A stretch of 64,000 nucleotides of DNA, taken from Gemmatimonadota bacterium (lineage in GTDB: Bacteria; Gemmatimonadota; Gemmatimonadetes; Longimicrobiales; Gaopeijiaceae). Position numbers and translations under genes: made by a program. Under the pieces are notes generated by a model, which was not told the DNA's origin, did no database searches, and saw only the letters and a program-made list of their open reading frames with translations. The stretch spans positions 864,001 to 928,000 of the forward strand of contig JAXHMG010000003.1 in assembly GCA_034521595.1 (NCBI GenBank). The letters are read 5' to 3'. Of the stretch, positions 58,811 to 64,000 are shown one piece after another (the first letter of the stretch is position 1; each line of letters opens with the position of its first letter).

Positions 58811-60043
58811 TTGATCTCCCCAGAGCGAAGAAGGTCGGTTCCGGTCGACGTCGGTGGCGTCACCGTCGGCGGGTCCGCCCCGATCGTCGTGCAGTCCATG
58901 ACGAACACCGACACGGCGGACGTCGCGTCGACGGTCGCCCAGGTGAAGCTCCTCGCCGATGCCGGGAGCGAGCTCGTACGGGTCACGGTGAACCACGACG
59001 CGGCGGCCCGGGCCGTGCCCGAGATCGCTCGGAAGCTCCGCGACGACGGGTACCGGACGCCCATCGTGGGCGACTTCCACTACAACGGGCATCTGCTGCT
59101 CACGAAGTATCCGGACGCGGCGGAAGCGCTCGCCAAGCTGCGGATCAACCCCGGGAACGTCGGGACGAAGCATCGCGACGCCAACTTCCAGCGGATCATC
59201 GAGGTGGCCGTCGCCCACGACAAGCCGGTCCGCATCGGCGTGAACTGGGGCTCCCTCGACCAGCGCCTCCTCACCGAGCTCATGGACGAGAACGCCGGGC
59301 GAGCCGAGCCGAAGGAAGCACGGGTGGTCCTGCTCGAGGCCATGATCGAGAGCGCCCTCCGGTCCGCCGCGCTCGCCGAGGAGACGGGGCTCGGACACGA
59401 CCGCATCGTGCTCTCGGCGAAGGTCTCGTCCGTGGGCGATCTGCTCACGGTGTACCGGATGCTCGCGCCACGCTGCGACTACCCGCTCCACCTCGGCCTC
59501 ACCGAAGCCGGCCTCGGGGCCAAGGGCATCGTCGCGACGACCGCGGCGCTCGCGCCCCTCTTGCTCGAAGGCATCGGCGACACGATCCGCGTCTCGCTGA
59601 CGCCCCGGCCGGGCGGGGACCGCGCCGAAGAGGTGCGTGTCGCGCAGCAGATCCTCCAGTCCCTCGGGCTCCGGCACTTCGAGCCGCAGGTGACGTCGTG
59701 CCCCGGGTGCGGGCGCACCACGAGCACGTTCTTCCAGGAAATGGCCGAGGACATCACCGGATACATCCGGGAGCGCATGCCCGAGTGGCGGAAGGAGTAC
59801 CCCGGCGTCGAGGAGATGGAGGTCGCCGTCATGGGGTGCGTGGTGAACGGCCCCGGCGAGTCCAAGCACGCCAACATCGGGATCTCGCTTCCGGGCACCT
59901 TCGAGGAGCCGAAGGCGCCGGTCTACGTCGACGGCGAGCACACCGTGACGCTCAAGGGCGAAGGCTTGGTCGAAGAGTTCAAGGGGATCCTCGAGGACTA
60001 CGTTGCCCGCCGGTACGGCTCGGAGGTCGCGCAACCGGTGTGA
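58811..60043 (+). CDS. ispG: (E)-4-hydroxy-3-methylbut-2-enyl-diphosphate synthase
   Basis: [42 protein letters not shown]. Confidence 0.97.
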   Translation: MISPERRRSVPVDVGGVTVGGSAPIVVQSMTNTDTADVASTVAQVKLLADAGSELVRVTVNHDAAARAVPEIARKLRDDGYRTPIVGDFHYNGHLLLTKYPDAAEALAKLRINPGNVGTKHRDANFQRIIEVAVAHDKPVRIGVNWGSLDQRLLTELMDENAGRAEPKEARVVLLEAMIESALRSAALAEETGLGHDRIVLSAKVSSVGDLLTVYRMLAPRCDYPLHLGLTEAGLGAKGIVATTAALAPLLLEGIGDTIRVSLTPRPGGDRAEEVRVAQQILQSLGLRHFEPQVTSCPGCGRTTSTFFQEMAEDITGYIRERMPEWRKEYPGVEEMEVAVMGCVVNGPGESKHANIGISLPGTFEEPKAPVYVDGEHTVTLKGEGLVEEFKGILEDYVARRYGSEVAQPV

Positions 60044-60074
60044 GCACCGGCCGGCTGAGGGGCGGCCCGGGAGG

Positions 60075-60674
60075 ATGAGCGTGCCGAACGTTCTCAGCCG
60101 GTTGAGGCTCGTTCTCTCTCCAGCGCTGGTCCTCCTGGCGCTGGTGACGGAATCGGGTCGGGTGGTGGTCGGCTTGTTGCTCGTCCTCCAGGTAACCGAC
60201 TGGGTCGACGGTCCGATCGCGCGCCGCCAGGGAACCGAGTCACCCGGCGGCGCCCGCATGGACTCGCTGGCGGACAGCACGATGTTCGGGAGTCTGTTGG
60301 GTGCCCTGGTCGTGCTCCAGGGTCCGCTGCTCCTCGGGGCGTGGCCGTGGATCGGCGCGGCTTGCGTGAGCTACGCCGTCTCCGCCGGATATGCGCTGGC
60401 GCGCTTCGGATCCCTACCCACCTACCACCAGTGGTCCGCCAAGGTCTCCGGTCCGCTCGCCCTGATCGCGGCGGTCGCCATCCTGCTCATGGGGGAGCCC
60501 TGGCCCCTGAAGGTCGCCGCCGCGGCCGTGACGCTAGCGAATCTCGAGGCGATCGCGATCACTCGCCGGCTCGACGGGCCCGCCACGGACGTGCCCTCGG
60601 TCTTCGCCGTCGAACGGGGGACCGTCGCGGAGCGGCGCGGGTCGTCCGGTAGGGCCTCGGAGGAGTTGCGGTGA
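60075..60674 (+). CDS. CDP-alcohol phosphatidyltransferase family protein
   Basis: PNVLSRLR, TDWVDGPIAR...GARMDSLAD signature; GGAGG RBS. Confidence 0.92.
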   Translation: MSVPNVLSRLRLVLSPALVLLALVTESGRVVVGLLLVLQVTDWVDGPIARRQGTESPGGARMDSLADSTMFGSLLGALVVLQGPLLLGAWPWIGAACVSYAVSAGYALARFGSLPTYHQWSAKVSGPLALIAAVAILLMGEPWPLKVAAAAVTLANLEAIAITRRLDGPATDVPSVFAVERGTVAERRGSSGRASEELR

Positions 60675-60723
60675 GCTCCCCATGGCCCCGGACACCGTGC
60701 CGTGAAGACGGCGGTCGCGCGCG

Positions 60724-61911
60724 TCAGTCGTCTCCGAGCAGGCGTTGCTTGAGTCGCGCCCATTCCTCGCTCGCCGTGAACTCCAACAGGACGGGGTTGA
60801 TCCGGTCGCGGTACTCGGAGTCCCGCGCGAGTGCGATCCCGTAGTACTGCTCGACGAAGGTGCCGGCGAGCACCCTGGTGCGCCCCTGGAACTCGCTCCG
60901 GCTGTAGTAGCGGAGGATGGGCGCGTCGTGAACGAAGGCGTCGAGAGTTCCGCCCGCGAGCGCTTCCAGTCCCGCTTCGATGGACGGGTACGACGCGACG
61001 GCGATGCCGTCTGCCTCGAGGTAGCTCACGGCGGCGGCCCCTTCGAGACCGCCCACGCGGGCTTGGGGGAGGTCCTCACGCCCACTCACGCGGCTGTCGA
61101 GCTGGGTGACGGTGAGGCTCGAGGCGATGGCTGCCGTGAAGAAGGAGATCACGACGATCGCGGTGAACATCCATATGAACCCGACGATCCGGCCGCCCAA
61201 CGTCCGGGGCGTCTTGTCGCCGTACCCGACGGTCGCCATGGTCACGGCGGCCCACCAGAACCCGCTTCCGATTCCCTGAGCGGCCGTGCCCCCGAACTCC
61301 TCGGGGTTCTCCACCCGCTCGAAGAGCCAGACCAGGGCGCCCCAGAACAGGAGAAGGCTCCCGAGCAGCCCGAACACCCAGAGGAACTCGAGCGAGAACA
61401 GGCGCCCCACTGCCTGGAGCAGCCCGGCGGGTTGGTGCGGCACGGCGATTCCGAGGCCCGTGGTGAAGAACGGGTGGGTGAAGTCCACGCGCTCCTCGCG
61501 CTCGGCCGTCACGGTGAGTGCCGAGGCCGACGCGAATAGCGTGCCGTCTTCCACACCGTCGAACAGGCCATCGAGGTTCCGCTCCTCGAAGACGTACTCG
61601 AGCTCCAGACGGTCGGCGATGTGGTCCCAGAGCCGTACCGTGAGGCCGGTATAGCCCTCGTCGCTCTCCATCACGAACGGAGGGACGACACGGGTGCCGA
61701 CGACCAGGGTATCCGAAGGCGCGGGGGCGGTTTGGGCGGCGCCGGGGAGGGGGCCGGCGAGGTGCAGCGCGAGCGCGAGCTTCAGGAGCAACCCCGCGAG
61801 GCGGGAGGTCGTAGAAAAGGCGTCTCGACGTGACCATGGCTGCGGCCATCTCGAGACGCCGGAGGAGTGAGGATCTCGGGCTCGAGCATCTAGTGTAAAG
61901 GGCGATATCAT
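60724..61911 (-). CDS. GluR0-like ligand-gated K+ channel (SBP family 3 plus Ion_trans_2); start uncertain
   Basis: S1 (PPFVM..LTVTAEREERVDFTHPF), M1, pore WWAAVTMATVGYGD, M2, S2 (DAFVHDAPIL..YYGIAL). Confidence 0.9.
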   Translation of the reverse strand: MISPFTLDARARDPHSSGVSRWPQPWSRRDAFSTTSRLAGLLLKLALALHLAGPLPGAAQTAPAPSDTLVVGTRVVPPFVMESDEGYTGLTVRLWDHIADRLELEYVFEERNLDGLFDGVEDGTLFASASALTVTAEREERVDFTHPFFTTGLGIAVPHQPAGLLQAVGRLFSLEFLWVFGLLGSLLLFWGALVWLFERVENPEEFGGTAAQGIGSGFWWAAVTMATVGYGDKTPRTLGGRIVGFIWMFTAIVVISFFTAAIASSLTVTQLDSRVSGREDLPQARVGGLEGAAAVSYLEADGIAVASYPSIEAGLEALAGGTLDAFVHDAPILRYYSRSEFQGRTRVLAGTFVEQYYGIALARDSEYRDRINPVLLEFTASEEWARLKQRLLGDD

Positions 61912-62162
61912 AGAACTTAAGTGCGGCCTCATGAAGGGCTTGTCTGTGTCATTCTCACCCAGCCTCGACGCAGCTTCCGTGGGTCGCGGCGGCGGGCGGC
62001 CTGCGCATGCCCCCACCATACGGCCGGGCTCTTCCTGTGTCCAACGCCGGCAGCCCTTTGCTTGACACCGCTCGTGCCGATTTCGAGCTTGATGGGAGCA
62101 TGCATCCCCCCCGACCGGGTCCGCCGCCGCCGCGCGGTCCGGTTGCATCCAAGGCCCCATCG

Positions 62163-63338
62163 ATGCTCCGCCGGAACTTCGACCGAGGTCGTCCAGACCT
62201 CCTCTCGTGGTGGATGGCGCTCCCGGGACTGTGGTTCCTGAGCGCTCTTCCGCTACAGGCGCAGGACCTGCCGTTCTCGAGGGACTACCCGGGCGCGGCC
62301 CCGTATGAATGCCCCGCGTTCGATGAACCGGAAGTCGCGGGAGCCGAGGCGCGCACCCAGGCGGCGCAGCTCGCCTCGAGCGCGGCTCAATCGGTCATTC
62401 TGGGTGACCTCGCACGGGCGCAGGCGATGCTGGACCGGGCCACGGAGCTCGATCCGGCGTCCGCGGACCTCGCCTACCGGCGCGCGCGTGTTCTGGAGGA
62501 CTTGGGCGAGCGAAGCGACGCCCTCACCGAATACTGCCGTGCGATCGCATTGGCGGGTGACGGTAGCGGAGCCCGGGATGCCGAGGAACGACTCCAGGCG
62601 CTCGTGGAAGCCGAGTATTCGGCCCTGCCCGAGGACGCGATCGCCGAGATGGAAGCCGGCCTGGAAGCCGTGGAGCGGGATGCGCTGGGCGAAGCGCTCT
62701 CCGCTTTCGAAGCGGCGACGGACGAAGCCCCGAACTGGGCCGCGGCGGTCTACAACCGCGCGGTCGCGCTCGACCGGTCGGGGCGGAGCGCGGACGCCTC
62801 GAGGGCGTTCTCCCGGTACCTGGACCTACGGCCCGAAGCCCCGGACGCCATCGCGGTCTCGCGCCGCATCGGACAGTTGCAGAGCGAGGCCCTCCGGGAC
62901 GTCCCGAGTCCGGGCGCCGCGCTCGCGCTCGGTGTCCTGGCTCCGGGGATGGGGCAGTTCTACAGCGGTCGGCCGTTGGGCGGACTCACGGTCCTGACGC
63001 TGACCGGGGGCGCGGTGGCCGCCGGGTTCCTGATCCAGGAAGAGGAAGTGCGCTGCGTCGGCACCGTCGAGCCTGGCGGGGGCTGCCCACCGGACCAAGT
63101 GGTATCCCGCGAGACCAGCCGGCCTTACTTCACGGCCTCCTTGGCCGCCGCCGCCGGAGTGGCCGTGGTGGGCGCCGTCGAGGCGTTCTTTTCGGCCCGC
63201 GGGCGTCGGAGCCGTGTGGAAGCGTCGTTGCCGGACCAGGCGAGCCGAGCGGAAGAGGGCGGTACGCTGGTGGGGCCGTCGCTTTCGGTCCATCGGGGTA
63301 GGACCGAGCTCACACTGTTCGGGTGGAGGTTCCGCTGA
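62163..63338 (+). CDS. Exported TPR protein with C-terminal membrane-associated domain
   Basis: Signal peptide ending LQA-Q, TPRs (ATELDP, AVYNRAV, YLDLRP), PSPGAALALGVLAPGMGQFY motif. Confidence 0.8.
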   Translation: MLRRNFDRGRPDLLSWWMALPGLWFLSALPLQAQDLPFSRDYPGAAPYECPAFDEPEVAGAEARTQAAQLASSAAQSVILGDLARAQAMLDRATELDPASADLAYRRARVLEDLGERSDALTEYCRAIALAGDGSGARDAEERLQALVEAEYSALPEDAIAEMEAGLEAVERDALGEALSAFEAATDEAPNWAAAVYNRAVALDRSGRSADASRAFSRYLDLRPEAPDAIAVSRRIGQLQSEALRDVPSPGAALALGVLAPGMGQFYSGRPLGGLTVLTLTGGAVAAGFLIQEEEVRCVGTVEPGGGCPPDQVVSRETSRPYFTASLAAAAGVAVVGAVEAFFSARGRRSRVEASLPDQASRAEEGGTLVGPSLSVHRGRTELTLFGWRFR

Positions 63339-64000
63339 TGTTCGCGATCTTCCGGCGGGCCGCGGCCCTCTGCGCCGTGCTGTTCGGTGCGACACTCGTG
63401 CTCATCCAGGCGTGCACGTCCGAGAGCATCACCGGGGTGACGGTCACCGAGGTGTCCGTGACGCCCTCCTCGAGCACGATCATGGTGGGCGAGACCGCGG
63501 AGTTCGAGGCGTCCGTGGTGGACGAGACCGGCGCGGAGCTCGAGAACGCCGCCGTGAGCTGGTCGGCGACGAGCGACGACGGAGACATCGTCGACATCGA
63601 CGACGCGGGCGTCGCGACCGCGCTCGCTCCGGGCGAAGCGGAGATCACGGCGAGCTTCGAGGGGGCGGAGGGCACGGCGAGCCTCACGGTGATCCCCCTT
63701 CCGGACATCGGAGCGGACCCCTCCTCCGTCACGATGTACGGTGGCGTGGACGGCCCGGCGCCCGCGCCGGAGACCGTGGCCGTGACCAACCTCGGTGGAG
63801 GCTCGCTCACCGGCCTGAGCGCGGCCGTGAGCGTCTCCGAGGGCTCCCCGGACGGATGGCTGGACGCGGAGCTCGCCGGCGAGACGCCGCCCACCGAGCT
63901 CACGCTGACGGCCGACTCCACGGGCTTCCCCGCCGGTGCGTACGAGGCGACGGTCACCCTCTCCTCGCCCGACGCCCCGGATGGGTCCGCGGAGGTCCCC
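63338..64000 (+). CDS. Lipoprotein with Big_2 (Ig-like) and BACON-like domains, runs off the window end
   Basis: TGATG overlap; MFAIFRRAAALCAVLFGATLVLIQAC; VSVTPSS..VGETAEFEA..VSWS..G.ATALAPGEAEITAS; VTNLGGGSL..GWL. Confidence 0.8.
   Translation, partial: MFAIFRRAAALCAVLFGATLVLIQACTSESITGVTVTEVSVTPSSSTIMVGETAEFEASVVDETGAELENAAVSWSATSDDGDIVDIDDAGVATALAPGEAEITASFEGAEGTASLTVIPLPDIGADPSSVTMYGGVDGPAPAPETVAVTNLGGGSLTGLSAAVSVSEGSPDGWLDAELAGETPPTELTLTADSTGFPAGAYEATVTLSSPDAPDGSAEVP

Overview
High-GC bacterial chromosome segment. Gene content (SusC/SusD pair, DUF4159/DUF4175 cluster, fused E1 alpha/beta dehydrogenase, many acidic lipoproteins) suggests Gemmatimonadota or a related FCB lineage; this is an inference. 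Most of the window is housekeeping (clpB, mce, trxA, rsmI, valS, selA, gmhB, erpA, purN, purH, hrpB, ychF, ispG), with a decayed accessory patch at about 39.5-44.4 kb. I saw no rRNA, tRNA or CRISPR array. Highlights: (1) a peroxiredoxin-like selenoprotein split by the ORF caller at an in-frame TGA (W-U-R-H-C), followed by a SECIS-like hairpin, with selA in the same window; (2) a 361-bp MITE with perfect terminal inverted repeats inserted in frame and stop-free into the signal-peptide region of a DUF4159 gene, plus a solo copy of its end at 50.76 kb; (3) a six-gene translationally coupled operon joining rsmI, four uncharacterised envelope proteins and a JAB/JAMM-DinG helicase fusion; (4) a multi-hairpin 5' leader on erpA; (5) a GluR0-like ligand-gated K+ channel; (6) a cluster of pseudogenes collapsed by internal deletions. 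Family names come from motif recognition and recall, not from database searches.
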